A stretch of 64,000 nt of DNA, from positions 1 to 64,000 of the IMG/VR virus record IMGVR_UViG_3300012979_000034. One strand, given 5' to 3'. Below the pieces are notes generated by a model. It was not told where the DNA came from, ran no database searches, and worked only from the letters and a program-made list of their open reading frames with translations. Below are positions 47,958 to 58,310 of the stretch, one piece after another (positions within the stretch are counted from its first letter, which is position 1; each line of letters starts with the position of its first letter). Position numbers and translations under genes: made by a program. Source of the stretch: a virus. Its lineage: Duplodnaviria; Caudoviricetes.

Positions 47958-48644
47958 TTAATGATTAAAGTTATTATCTTCGTAATCTTCTTTATTAAAT
48001 GAACTAAATGGGCTTGTGTGTGTAGTCGTTGGGATACCAGATACGGCAGTACCAGTAGTAACACCTATGTGTGTATGTGTATTAAAAGATACTTTTAAAC
48101 TATCTATCTCTTTAACTAGTTTATTCAATTTCTCGGTTAACTCAACTATATTTATAACCCCACCGTTATTACCACCGTTTAAGTTTATAGTTCTAGCACT
48201 ACCTATATTGATATCATCCTTAGAATAGATATTTACTTTACCTTGAACATATATGTCAAGGTTACCTGTTTCATCATCTAATATAATAGCAGTACCATTA
48301 GGTGTTACTATACCAGCTCTATTGGGAGAATCTAAATCCATTGGCATTTCTCCAGAAGCCCACCCGTAATATTCCCAAACTGGTTTTGAAGGATCGCCTT
48401 GTTCAAAAGATACCCATACTACATCCCCAATTTTTGGAGCAAAATACTTAAAACCATTATCTAAGGAACCATGTTGACCTTTTGGTAAAGCCCATAGACT
48501 TAAACCACCATGTATAAAACATGAAATCTTCAATCGGTTTTGACATTGTGGATCATCATTATCTACTACATAAGCTTTATATATAGAATAAAATCTACCA
48601 AGACCTTCTATACCATTTTCAACTATAGTTTGTGCAATATCCAT
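47958..48644 (-). CDS. baseplate central spike (gpV/gp5 OB fold)
   Basis: DPQCQNRLKI, PKIGDVVWVSFEQGDPSKP, HTH apex motif. Confidence 0.88.
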   Translation of the reverse strand: MDIAQTIVENGIEGLGRFYSIYKAYVVDNDDPQCQNRLKISCFIHGGLSLWALPKGQHGSLDNGFKYFAPKIGDVVWVSFEQGDPSKPVWEYYGWASGEMPMDLDSPNRAGIVTPNGTAIILDDETGNLDIYVQGKVNIYSKDDINIGSARTINLNGGNNGGVINIVELTEKLNKLVKEIDSLKVSFNTHTHIGVTTGTAVSGIPTTTHTSPFSSFNKEDYEDNNFNH

Positions 48645-48646
48645 AC

Positions 48647-50620
48647 TTATCTAGTTTTTTGATTTGAACTACCGTCTATATTCCTGCTCATTTTCTTTAG
48701 AGATTCTTCAGCCTTTAAAGCTTCTTTAGCATACTTCCTTCTCAACTCTGCAGTAATCTTAATACCTGGTTTTATACTATAACCTATCTTAGAACCATAG
48801 CTTGAAGTAGAGGTAACACCTGTATTCATAAGTACACCAGTCTTTCTCACATCTTCACCAAACTCTCCATTTGCAGCTGCTGTAGATAGTATTACAAAGT
48901 CCATCCTTGATTGAGTAGCTTCTTTCTTGTCACCTAAAGCAGTATAATATACAGCATCCATTCTAGTTGGTACAAAACCTGAAGTACCTTTGGTCTTATT
49001 AGTTTTAGATTTAATAGAACTACCTTCTCCATTAGTAGAACCATCCAGAGAAGCTGAGGCATTTGTTGAAATACTTGGAGATACTCCATTATGTTTAACT
49101 AGTTCAACTAAACAAGTATAACCAGAACTACCTTCTAATTGATGTGTTACTGCTTTTATATACCAAGCTCCTGACCACCTTTTACCGACATTTTGTATGT
49201 TTAAGATTTGAGAAGTAGTTAAAGAAGGATTACCAACAATGGTCATTCTGCATATAAGTTTACGTTCAGTAATCTTACGTCTCTGATTATTTAATAGGTT
49301 CATTCTAGCTTCTACATCACTAATACTAAAAGAATTACCACTACCATACATTCTAGTAAAATAGGCTTGTAATACTTGATATTGAGATACCATTACCCGT
49401 CTTTTTTTCTTCATAAATACGGTAGTTCTAAAACCATTTAAATCACCAGTGACTATTACGGATGGGTCATTCTTTAATCTTAAATAACCATCTCTAGCCC
49501 TTTTTACATCATAGGTTTTTTGATCCATGTTACCTCTGAACATATCGTTCTGGCTAACCTTTTTAGGCATAGTAGAATATTCCCTAGTATCTACTACATA
49601 TTCTCCATAAGCTTCTGGCATAAGACCAGTATCTGGTTCATCAAAGATATGTTTAGCAGCACCAAAATTAGCTTTTAAAAATTCATCTAATTGGTGATTC
49701 TTTGCAGCTAAAGCAAACTTCTTTCTTAATTCTTCTGCACCACCCTCTAAACCCTGGGAAACTTGGATAAGGATTCTCTCTACTTCATGTTTTAGCTGAT
49801 CCTGGTTAGATTCTTCTAATAACCACTGTCTAGTAAGGTAATCATTTCCCATGTTTGATACAGCTCCTTGGTAACCGTACCTATTAGTAACTTTATAATT
49901 ACCTGCAGCTCTACCTCCATGGGCTTTATAAACATTATATTTTTCTCTTACCTCTTCTCTTTTATTAGATTCTGATACTTGATGATTACTAGCTAACTCT
50001 TTAGAATGTTTAGTTTCTACTTTACCTCTTAGATTTGCTGGTAAAGTATTATTATTTACCTTAAGAGCAATCTCTAATTGTTCATAAGGTAACTTACCTG
50101 CCATATAATCCTGATAAGCTTTATAAGAACCAGCATTCCTTTCTTCAGGAGTTTCTCCAGCATATGAATAACCTGATGATAGATCATCTACGTCAGTAGT
50201 AATATCTAGTTCTTTATCACCACCTATACCCATAGAAACACTACCATCTAAATACTTAGTAATATATTGAGTCTGAAAATCTATACTCAATAATTCACCA
50301 TTCTCTGCTTGGTAAGTATAATCCCTAACTACGGGTTCTTGCATTACCCTATTATGTATGTATATAACACCATCTCTACTATCTACATACCATGGTCCAT
50401 TAGGTAAAGCTTGAACTTTCTGTTTTAACTGAACTAACAGATTATTACCAGTTTCACCAATATCACTATTTAATATACTGGCATACTCTTTAGGCATAAT
50501 CTTATAATTCAAACCACTATACTCGTTAGCATAGATAATTTTACTTGTAGTAGTTGGTATTACTGTAGGAGTTTGAATTTCCTTAAATACCTGATTACTG
50601 ATTATTCTAGGTTCTGCCAT
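48647..50620 (-). CDS. baseplate hub, C-terminal part with large insertion
   Basis: IVGNPSL...SGAWYIKAVTHQL gpD/gp27-like end. Confidence 0.75.
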   Translation of the reverse strand: MAEPRIISNQVFKEIQTPTVIPTTTSKIIYANEYSGLNYKIMPKEYASILNSDIGETGNNLLVQLKQKVQALPNGPWYVDSRDGVIYIHNRVMQEPVVRDYTYQAENGELLSIDFQTQYITKYLDGSVSMGIGGDKELDITTDVDDLSSGYSYAGETPEERNAGSYKAYQDYMAGKLPYEQLEIALKVNNNTLPANLRGKVETKHSKELASNHQVSESNKREEVREKYNVYKAHGGRAAGNYKVTNRYGYQGAVSNMGNDYLTRQWLLEESNQDQLKHEVERILIQVSQGLEGGAEELRKKFALAAKNHQLDEFLKANFGAAKHIFDEPDTGLMPEAYGEYVVDTREYSTMPKKVSQNDMFRGNMDQKTYDVKRARDGYLRLKNDPSVIVTGDLNGFRTTVFMKKKRRVMVSQYQVLQAYFTRMYGSGNSFSISDVEARMNLLNNQRRKITERKLICRMTIVGNPSLTTSQILNIQNVGKRWSGAWYIKAVTHQLEGSSGYTCLVELVKHNGVSPSISTNASASLDGSTNGEGSSIKSKTNKTKGTSGFVPTRMDAVYYTALGDKKEATQSRMDFVILSTAAANGEFGEDVRKTGVLMNTGVTSTSSYGSKIGYSIKPGIKITAELRRKYAKEALKAEESLKKMSRNIDGSSNQKTR

Positions 50621-51135
50621 TATTGTCTAGGTTCAAAATATTCTATAATAACTCCAACTTCTCTATCACAACCTCTATCCAAAAAATCTACCATACTAGA
50701 TTTACCATCTTCTAAATCTGAAGCATCACATGGTGGATGAGGTGGTACATGTCTAAGTGATGAAACACTATCTACACATACTATAGTAACATGTGTACCA
50801 GTAGAATTAAATGTACAATTAAAATCTTTTACTCTTATAGATTTTACTGGACTTGATATAAAGTTACCACTTGGGTATACATAACCCCACTGTAAGAATA
50901 TAATCCTGTTTTCCTGTAGTTCATCTAAATCTACTGTATCTGGATCACCTGTCTCAAAAGTTAGAGAAGCTTGATTCTCTTTCTCTTCATCATACTTATA
51001 AGTGAATTTGGTTATATACGCCCCAAGAGGTACACCAGTTAGTTTATTCATCACCGGTGTACCGTCTTCACCAAATATGGCAAGATAAGGCATAGCTATA
51101 CCATCCTCATTAAAACTGTTATTCAATGATGCCAT
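50620..51135 (-). CDS. baseplate hub, N-terminal part
   Basis: FTYKYDE...ASLTF...LQWGY; TAATG-coupled to the next gene. Confidence 0.7.
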   Translation of the reverse strand: MASLNNSFNEDGIAMPYLAIFGEDGTPVMNKLTGVPLGAYITKFTYKYDEEKENQASLTFETGDPDTVDLDELQENRIIFLQWGYVYPSGNFISSPVKSIRVKDFNCTFNSTGTHVTIVCVDSVSSLRHVPPHPPCDASDLEDGKSSMVDFLDRGCDREVGVIIEYFEPRQ

Positions 51136-51400
51136 AAGCAGGTATTCTTATTTTCATCCCAGCTTTTAATTCTGTGAATGGGTTAGAAATATGATTAGCT
51201 TCTGCTAGTATATACCATTTACCTGAATCACCATAAACAGCAAAAGCTAAATTATGTAGAGTCTCACCATCTTTTAGAGTATGGATAGTATCCATATCAC
51301 TAGTAATGATAGTAGGTATATCTTTCTCTAAAGAAGCATCACCTTCATCATATTGTATGATATAGGCTTTATCGTAAGGGCTTGTTCCTATTATTGCCAT
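51119..51400 (-). CDS. LysM/tail protein X-like baseplate protein
   Basis: HTLKDGETLHNLA...YGD...WYILAEAN...LKAGMKIRIP. Confidence 0.85.
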   Translation of the reverse strand: MAIIGTSPYDKAYIIQYDEGDASLEKDIPTIITSDMDTIHTLKDGETLHNLAFAVYGDSGKWYILAEANHISNPFTELKAGMKIRIPAYGIIE

Positions 51401-51405
51401 AATAA

Positions 51406-52338
51406 TTATCCATTTATACCTCTAGTACGGTTCATTTTACTCTCTGGGAGAATATCACCATAGCTAAGATTAGTTGCACTTACTCTTTTAAAAATCAACT
51501 CTTGGGTTGCTACAATTGGGTATAAACCTTTACTTACTAGTTTAACTAATTTACCTTTAGACTTAACCCTTATACTATCAGAAAAGTTCTTTAATGTATA
51601 GGTAGCTGAAGTTAATATGAATAATTGATCCTTAAACATATCACCTTCAGTAACACTTGTACCACTTCCCCACTGAATTCTTATTACTGGTGGAGCTGCC
51701 TGATAAGCATTAGCTTTGGTCCAAGTCTCTAAAAACCTACACTTATTAATTACTTCATCTGGATTAGCCTCGTCAGTAGCATACCATGATATATTGAATT
51801 GTACTATATCCTCTGCTCCAGTATAATGATACATAGGTGTATTACGTCCCATAGATTTAATAGCAGCCCAGGAAGTTTCACCTTTAAACTCTACTGTAGA
51901 TGGTCGATTTTGTATTATGATCCTTTCATAGGGTTTACTAGTAAGGTTATATAAGATAACATCATTACCGATATTTTTATACTGTGAAGCTATTTTATTT
52001 ATCTCATCCTGACCTTTTACTTGAAACTGGGCTGTTAATTTAGAAGAATTCTTTTTCTCTTTAACTAACCTAGTTCTTTTTAACTCTTTAACCTTTCTAT
52101 TACCATCATATTTTGCAGGATCAGCTATAGATTTCTTTTTAACTCCAGTAGAACTATCTGATGGGCCGTGTGTAGTCCTATGTAAAAGTATAGCAACTCT
52201 CCATAGTTTATTAGTATAGCTAGTCTCTAATTCAGTTACTACTGGATTAACGGCAGCATTAGAAAATATATCATGGTAAGCTGAATTAGCTCCTGATATA
52301 TCCATAACATTACCCATTTTTTTAAGTAGATTTGCCAT
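51406..52338 (-). CDS. tail tube initiator / baseplate-tube junction protein
   Basis: position between TMP and LysM; MGRNTPMYHYTG...FNISW pattern. Confidence 0.65.
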   Translation of the reverse strand: MANLLKKMGNVMDISGANSAYHDIFSNAAVNPVVTELETSYTNKLWRVAILLHRTTHGPSDSSTGVKKKSIADPAKYDGNRKVKELKRTRLVKEKKNSSKLTAQFQVKGQDEINKIASQYKNIGNDVILYNLTSKPYERIIIQNRPSTVEFKGETSWAAIKSMGRNTPMYHYTGAEDIVQFNISWYATDEANPDEVINKCRFLETWTKANAYQAAPPVIRIQWGSGTSVTEGDMFKDQLFILTSATYTLKNFSDSIRVKSKGKLVKLVSKGLYPIVATQELIFKRVSATNLSYGDILPESKMNRTRGING

Positions 52339-52343
52339 ATCTT

Positions 52344-54296
52344 TTAATTAAAAATTCCCCAAGTATCTATGTTAATAACATCACCAGTATTTATATCTCT
52401 ATAAGGACTACCATCCAAAGATATAGATACTTTAGCAGGGTCTTTATTACCCTCTTTAAAAGCAGCTTTTACAGCATTCAAAAACCTTTCCTCGTAGAAA
52501 GCTCTAAATTCCTGATTAGACATACCTTCTGTATTTTCCCTAGTAGCTTGAGTATTAGCATCTTGAGCATTAGTATTACCATTGATAGCCTCAATTATAG
52601 ATGGTAAGAAAGCTAACAAACCAGTTATTAGTAAGCCTTGCCAACCACCAAACATAAACATACCAGCTCCAAATACTTTACCTAAACTACCCACTGCTCT
52701 ACCACCTGCAGGTGGTCTAGGGGTAGGTGTTGGTTTAACTGTAGTTCCGGCAGCATACCTATTAGCATAATTACCGGGTACATATTTATTTCCCTTAAAC
52801 GAAGCATATATCCTACCAGTTTTATCTCTACCAAGTCTACCACCCATTGGTAATAACATACTAGTACCAGCTGTCATAGACATAGCAGTATACTGCATCA
52901 TCAAAGCTACTATAGTTCTTAGATGTGATTCTAGAGCTACAGTACTAGAAATCATAGATCTAGTACCAGTATTAGCAGAAGCTATACTTGTATTAAAGTA
53001 ATAAGAAGTAGCTACTACAGTTTTTAAAGTATGGTATACTAATTTAAAACCATTAACTACGGTACCAACACCTATAGCTATAGCACCAGTCTGAACTACC
53101 CAAGCTCCTATACCTTTACTAGAAACTATATCTCCAACCCAATTTATTAATTTTGTAAACTGAGAGATAAGAGCATTGAAAGGTCCAGATAATAGCTTAC
53201 CAAAAGCTACATTCAAGTTATCTATAGCAGCTCTAAACTGATCAAGTTTACCTTGAGAAGTTTGTAATCTTTCCTCGATAAGATTATTAACAGTACCTTC
53301 GGCATCACCTAGCTTATGTATTAATTGAGTCATCTTACCATCAGAGTTCATAATAGCATAAGTAGCTCTTTCACCACGAACTCCAAAGATATTATACATA
53401 GCCTGTTCCTTAGTTATGGTATCTAATGTAGCCATCCTAGCTCTAAGCAAATCCATGGCCCTATCTATACGAATAAGATTACCCTGAGAATCTGTGAGAT
53501 CTTCTTTAGATAAGCCTAACTTCTGTAACCAGTTAGTTCCCTTAACTTTCTGACCTGCGATTGACAAAGTTAAATATCTTACCATGTTTGCTAAAGCAGT
53601 ACCAGCAGATGAAGCTTGAATACCCTGGTCTCCCAATACACCTATAGCTGCAGAAGCCTGAGCCAAGTCTACGTTAGCATTTCTAAAGATAGAACCAGAA
53701 TATTGTAAAGCCTGAGCCAAATCTATCAAGTTCATGTTAGAAGATGTTACAGCTACAGCTAATGTATCTGCTACCTCTTCTGCCTTATCAGAGCTTAGTC
53801 CAAAGGTAGCCATGATATTAGTCATCAAATCGGCTACACCACCTTTGTTACCAAGCTGCATATCAAAGATTGATGCCAATTTAGCTGCTGGACCAAGCAT
53901 AGCTTCTATCCTACTAACACTATTACCAGCCATTGCTAAGTATCTAGCACCAGAAGCAATATCCATATTAGTCAAAGGTGTTTGACGGTTTATATCCTGA
54001 ACCCTTTTCATAATATCTAATTGCTGTTGGGCGGTTGCACCAGCGATCTTTGATGTCATGAATACCTGGTTATTAACAGCAGCAGATTGCTTATATGATT
54101 CATACATACCACCTGTTAACTGTTTACCGTATTCAAAGGCATTACCTAAACCCTGAGTAAGTGCCCGGTTAGCTTGTTGCATATTATTAAGCATACTTAC
54201 ATAGGAATTAGAAACTCTACCAGCTTCAGTAGAGAAGTTATCCCTAAGTACCATTGATATGCCTACTTCAACTAAACCTGTGCTTAATCCAGCCAT
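52344..54296 (-). CDS. tail tape measure protein
   Basis: TP901-like core (LAQALQYSG...LGDQGIQASSAGTAL) and TM segments. Confidence 0.9.
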   Translation of the reverse strand: MAGLSTGLVEVGISMVLRDNFSTEAGRVSNSYVSMLNNMQQANRALTQGLGNAFEYGKQLTGGMYESYKQSAAVNNQVFMTSKIAGATAQQQLDIMKRVQDINRQTPLTNMDIASGARYLAMAGNSVSRIEAMLGPAAKLASIFDMQLGNKGGVADLMTNIMATFGLSSDKAEEVADTLAVAVTSSNMNLIDLAQALQYSGSIFRNANVDLAQASAAIGVLGDQGIQASSAGTALANMVRYLTLSIAGQKVKGTNWLQKLGLSKEDLTDSQGNLIRIDRAMDLLRARMATLDTITKEQAMYNIFGVRGERATYAIMNSDGKMTQLIHKLGDAEGTVNNLIEERLQTSQGKLDQFRAAIDNLNVAFGKLLSGPFNALISQFTKLINWVGDIVSSKGIGAWVVQTGAIAIGVGTVVNGFKLVYHTLKTVVATSYYFNTSIASANTGTRSMISSTVALESHLRTIVALMMQYTAMSMTAGTSMLLPMGGRLGRDKTGRIYASFKGNKYVPGNYANRYAAGTTVKPTPTPRPPAGGRAVGSLGKVFGAGMFMFGGWQGLLITGLLAFLPSIIEAINGNTNAQDANTQATRENTEGMSNQEFRAFYEERFLNAVKAAFKEGNKDPAKVSISLDGSPYRDINTGDVINIDTWGIFN

Positions 54297-54301
54297 GTTT
54301 A

Positions 54302-54478
54302 TTATGTTTTATTTTTTAATTCATTCATTTTTTCATAATACCTATCAGCTACATCTTTAAAGATTTTTCTACTGCGATACGGAAGACGTAAAAAGCTGGG
54401 ATAGTCTAAAACTATCTCAGCTCTAGTTATATATACAAAACGTTCTTCTAATGTTACGCTTCCGTCAGGTAGAAAAAA
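54302..54478 (-). CDS. -1 frameshift extension of tail assembly chaperone (gpGT-like)
   Basis: open frame FFLPDGSVTLEERF...LDYPSFLRLPY...KNKT* with no ATG near its start, entered at slippery T-TTT-TTC (54478-54472). Confidence 0.75.
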   Translation of the reverse strand, partial: FFLPDGSVTLEERFVYITRAEIVLDYPSFLRLPYRSRKIFKDVADRYYEKMNELKNKT

Positions 54479-55215
54479 GATTGAGAAGCCATTATTGGAT
54501 ATTGTACTTTTTCACCAGTACTTGGATTTTCTAAATCGGTTAACCCCTGGAATACTGGATCATAGGTATTTATTATCTTTCGCATCTCTGCCATATCCCT
54601 TACACTGAATAAAGAGAAATTCTGGACCTTCTCAAATTTACCATCAACATTTAACTTAAGGTTTCTGGCAATAAGTTCAGAATTTCTAGTTTTCTTTTCT
54701 TCTGGCAAGGATATTAAAAACTGCTCAGAATTACCCGTTAAAACGTCAAAAGAAATTACTTTACCACTGGTAAGTGTAATTACTTTATCAACTAAATTAC
54801 TTGGCTCTAGATAATAAGGAACAGCATAAGGTTTATTATTTAATTCTTCCTCTGAAGGTACTGAACTGTAGTCCTCGAATACATAGTTATTCAAATCTTC
54901 CTCATAATGCAACTCTTCTTTAGTACCAGGCCAAGTATAAGGTATATCCAAAATTTCACCTAATGAGAAGATCCTAGATTGTATAAGTATACAGTACCTA
55001 TCCAATAATGGTAAAGCTAGGGCATCTTTAACGGTTAATTTACCAGATACCGTAGCATCGGTTTTAACTACAATAGCTGAGATGAACTTGGTTATGTTCA
55101 TCATATTTGATACATCTCTTGGATTAGATAGGATATCCTCATCTTCTCCATTCTGTTCTCTAATAGTATAGCTCTTTGTTGAAGGAGCTATAAAAGTAAA
55201 TGTTCTTAGTTCCAT
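54454..55215 (-). CDS. tail assembly chaperone
   Basis: between tube and TMP; ends over a slippery heptamer. Confidence 0.8.
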   Translation of the reverse strand: MELRTFTFIAPSTKSYTIREQNGEDEDILSNPRDVSNMMNITKFISAIVVKTDATVSGKLTVKDALALPLLDRYCILIQSRIFSLGEILDIPYTWPGTKEELHYEEDLNNYVFEDYSSVPSEEELNNKPYAVPYYLEPSNLVDKVITLTSGKVISFDVLTGNSEQFLISLPEEKKTRNSELIARNLKLNVDGKFEKVQNFSLFSVRDMAEMRKIINTYDPVFQGLTDLENPSTGEKVQYPIMASQSFFYLTEA

Positions 55216-55253
55216 AAATATTAATAAATTAGAATTATGTTTATTACAACAAA

Positions 55254-55293
55254 GATGGGTGAAGACCTAATGTTTGTTAGGACCCCACCCATC
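55254..55293 (-). terminator. terminator/attenuator after the tube gene
   Basis: GATGGGTG...CACCCATC stem followed by tttgttgt on the minus strand. Confidence 0.6.
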
Positions 55294-55326
55294 CACCTAT
55301 ATCAGTTCTACTTCAAAATGGCCAAT

Positions 55327-55788
55327 TTAATATTGGTCTTCGGTACCAACTGAGAACTCTACGTGTTCTACAATGTTGTCTGAAGAGGTGCGGTCAAGGT
55401 CAATACCGTTTATCTTACAAGGCCAAACCTCATTATAAATATGGGTATTGAGTACTGTTGTACCATCTTCGGCTAGTTCATTAACTACCATAGTTTCCCA
55501 AATACTTGAAGGAACATTACCACCACCAGTAATCATATCCTGACAAGCTAGTAACCAATCATGAGCCCAAGTATCTGAACCAGAAGTAGTTTTAAGCTTC
55601 TCTATGATCAAGTTACCAACAGTAACTCTACCTGGAGTTTTTACATCTCTGTTAATATCTCCGTGAGTAACCTGTTCTACTTCTATATCTGGAAGAGTTA
55701 CTTTTTGAGCAAGATATGTATTGATCGGGTGTTTAGGAAAAGCAATGCTAAATAAGAAAGCTTTTCTAGGATTTTTAATCTGTGCCAT
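55327..55788 (-). CDS. tail tube protein (gp19-like)
   Basis: KTPGRVTVGNLIIEK...WP.KI..IDLD; follows sheath. Confidence 0.9.
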   Translation of the reverse strand: MAQIKNPRKAFLFSIAFPKHPINTYLAQKVTLPDIEVEQVTHGDINRDVKTPGRVTVGNLIIEKLKTTSGSDTWAHDWLLACQDMITGGGNVPSSIWETMVVNELAEDGTTVLNTHIYNEVWPCKINGIDLDRTSSDNIVEHVEFSVGTEDQY

Positions 55789-55800
55789 ATCTTCTTAAAT

Positions 55801-57540
55801 TTATTCGTTATTAATTTCTGTGGATATAGTACCAGAAGTCTTATCAATACTAAGAGTAAGACTAATTTCCTGAATAGGTACAATGTCCTTAAATTTCAAG
55901 ATTACTTTATACTTACCCTGACGAACATCGGCTTCATTATTAATTTGAAGGTCATCATAAGAAGAGGCATTCTGATCACCCAACCACTCATATTCGGAGA
56001 TAGCATCTCTAGTAACCAAATCATCTAACTCTGGTTTAACCTCAAGGTACATAGCTGCCCAGGTAGTCCAAATATTTGGTTCCTCTAAGTAAGATTCTAG
56101 AATAGGTCTCAAGAACTTTTTCATATACAGTACTAAACGTACAATAGATAAGAACTTGAAACTGTCTTGTTTTACCTGTGAAGTAAAGCAATGCCAGAGC
56201 ATGGTTTGCTTACCAGCATTTCTAGTATCCCTTACTACCACCATATTAGCATAGTTATTAGCTAACTCATTCAACTCTGAATACCGAGAAGGAGAGCCGT
56301 AATTGATAGATACAGGGCCTTGGCCATCATATATTACACCACGATTTTGGCCAGCAAATGATTTCCAATAACCGTAGTCAGTAGCTGAAGCATCTCCAAG
56401 TCCCATAATCGTACCGATACAATCGGAGTCCGTAAGAATACCGTTATCATTATAATACCGAATACCACCACCAAAATAAGCAACCCACTTAGAATGGCCA
56501 ATAGTATTAGCACAGGACTGAATCCAACTAACAATAAGGTTTTTAGTATTATTCTCTTTAGGTACTTCGATGTAATAGGTATATTCTGCAACTTCATCAC
56601 AAATTTCCTTAATAGCCTTGTGTACCTTTAATTGATCTGCTGTTTGTAGATGCTGGTGTATATGAGAACATGATACTTGATATATATCAGTATAATCCCT
56701 CAAATACTCGGCAGATTCAATCCACTGACTATAAGTTGGAGCAGTACCAGAGTTACCATAAGCAGCTTCTACAGTAACTGAGAAAGTACTTCCCATTGGA
56801 GTACTAAGTACTGTAACTGAAGGTATACTGTTCCCGTCATAACCAGCTTTATCAACCGAATTAGCTAACCAGTTTAGTAATGTGCTAATAGATACTTGAT
56901 TATCATTGCCATCTACTATACCAGGTTCTAGATACTCCGAATTCTGTAAAAAATTAGCTAATGCTAGATAGTCAAACGAAGTATCATTCAAACCTGTTTG
57001 GTCAGCAGCCATAAAGGTTAGTACTGTACCTGACTCTACTACTGTAGTCTTACCTTTACCAAAGATTTGATAGTAGAGGGTATTATTACTTTGATAGAAT
57101 TTTACATGGAAAGTTGGTGAACCATCAACTTCCTGATCATAAGTTTTTGTCCAGAATCCAATTTTGTAAGTAGTATCCCCTTTAGTAAGGGTTAGGATAG
57201 TAGGCAAATTATCTGCAGTTAGTGTACTCTGAGCTTGAATAGGGTTATTTGGTACACTATCTGTAAGGTAACCCTTAGCATAACCCTCTCCAGGAACACG
57301 TATGATACGAAGTTTTGAACCAAGTCCCAGGGCTTTTTCTATATTAGAAGGAGAACCATCTGGAACAACTTCACTACCAAACAATCTCTTGAATTGGGAT
57401 ATGGAGGTCACCAACTTAGTAGGGTCATTAAAAGTGCCCTTAGTAGTACGAGTCAACAAGCATGATACACCGATAGTTGGTGTAGTTTGCTCCAAATTGT
57501 TGTTCTCGAGCTTAAAATTTACTGTTGGAGATAATGGCAT
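55801..57540 (-). CDS. contractile tail sheath protein
   Basis: C-terminal sheath domain (FAGQNRG, FLSIVRL, LESYLEEPN). Confidence 0.9.
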   Translation of the reverse strand: MPLSPTVNFKLENNNLEQTTPTIGVSCLLTRTTKGTFNDPTKLVTSISQFKRLFGSEVVPDGSPSNIEKALGLGSKLRIIRVPGEGYAKGYLTDSVPNNPIQAQSTLTADNLPTILTLTKGDTTYKIGFWTKTYDQEVDGSPTFHVKFYQSNNTLYYQIFGKGKTTVVESGTVLTFMAADQTGLNDTSFDYLALANFLQNSEYLEPGIVDGNDNQVSISTLLNWLANSVDKAGYDGNSIPSVTVLSTPMGSTFSVTVEAAYGNSGTAPTYSQWIESAEYLRDYTDIYQVSCSHIHQHLQTADQLKVHKAIKEICDEVAEYTYYIEVPKENNTKNLIVSWIQSCANTIGHSKWVAYFGGGIRYYNDNGILTDSDCIGTIMGLGDASATDYGYWKSFAGQNRGVIYDGQGPVSINYGSPSRYSELNELANNYANMVVVRDTRNAGKQTMLWHCFTSQVKQDSFKFLSIVRLVLYMKKFLRPILESYLEEPNIWTTWAAMYLEVKPELDDLVTRDAISEYEWLGDQNASSYDDLQINNEADVRQGKYKVILKFKDIVPIQEISLTLSIDKTSGTISTEINNE

Positions 57541-57592
57541 TGTTTTTAATTTTTAAATTATTACCTGGTTTGATAAAGGCTTCTGAGTATTG

Positions 57593-58309
57593 TTATTTTA
57601 TATTAAGGGTATCAACAATATTATCTATACCTTCATCGTTAATGTTATTAAACATTACTGATATATCTTTGATTGGTACTAATTCCATATCATTTTCAGG
57701 ATCCTCTAATATACCATCAGAAATATTATATGAATATACTCTTTCTAGTATACCATGGTTTTCATCATTATGGTCATAGTAGTTACCAACTTCAATAAAT
57801 ATATTATCAGTAGGACTTATCTTACCTTGAGCATATTCACACCTATCATTATAATAGGGTTTTATATAACCCATAGCAGGCAGAGCTTTATACATTATAG
57901 AATGCAATAAACGCATATCTGGTTGGTTATTAGCTACCAAATGTACATCTATTACAATATCTTTTGATGTATAGCTTGAGTATTCTATCCTCTTTGGGTT
58001 ATCTCTGTCATCAGTATTGAGAGCATACTTTTCTATACCTATATGTCCAGGATAATAACCTTGTAAATCTAAGGTAATTCTAGGACACAGTTTCTGACCC
58101 CTAGATAAGTTGTTACCTATACCAAAGATAGCTATAAACTTATCCATAGCTTCACGATCTCTATGGAACTTAGCCTGTGTTTCTGGAGTAGGTAATTCAG
58201 TATTGATATCTAGATAATCATTGGGGTCTAGTGTAAGGTCATTTATTTTAGCAGTATATAATAAAGCATAATATACACTGCGCTCTACTATTTCCTGTGT
58301 ACTTACCAT
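57593..58309 (-). CDS. tail terminator/completion protein (putative)
   Basis: position upstream of sheath; PRITLD. Confidence 0.6.
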   Translation of the reverse strand: MVSTQEIVERSVYYALLYTAKINDLTLDPNDYLDINTELPTPETQAKFHRDREAMDKFIAIFGIGNNLSRGQKLCPRITLDLQGYYPGHIGIEKYALNTDDRDNPKRIEYSSYTSKDIVIDVHLVANNQPDMRLLHSIMYKALPAMGYIKPYYNDRCEYAQGKISPTDNIFIEVGNYYDHNDENHGILERVYSYNISDGILEDPENDMELVPIKDISVMFNNINDEGIDNIVDTLNIK

Positions 58310-58310
58310 A

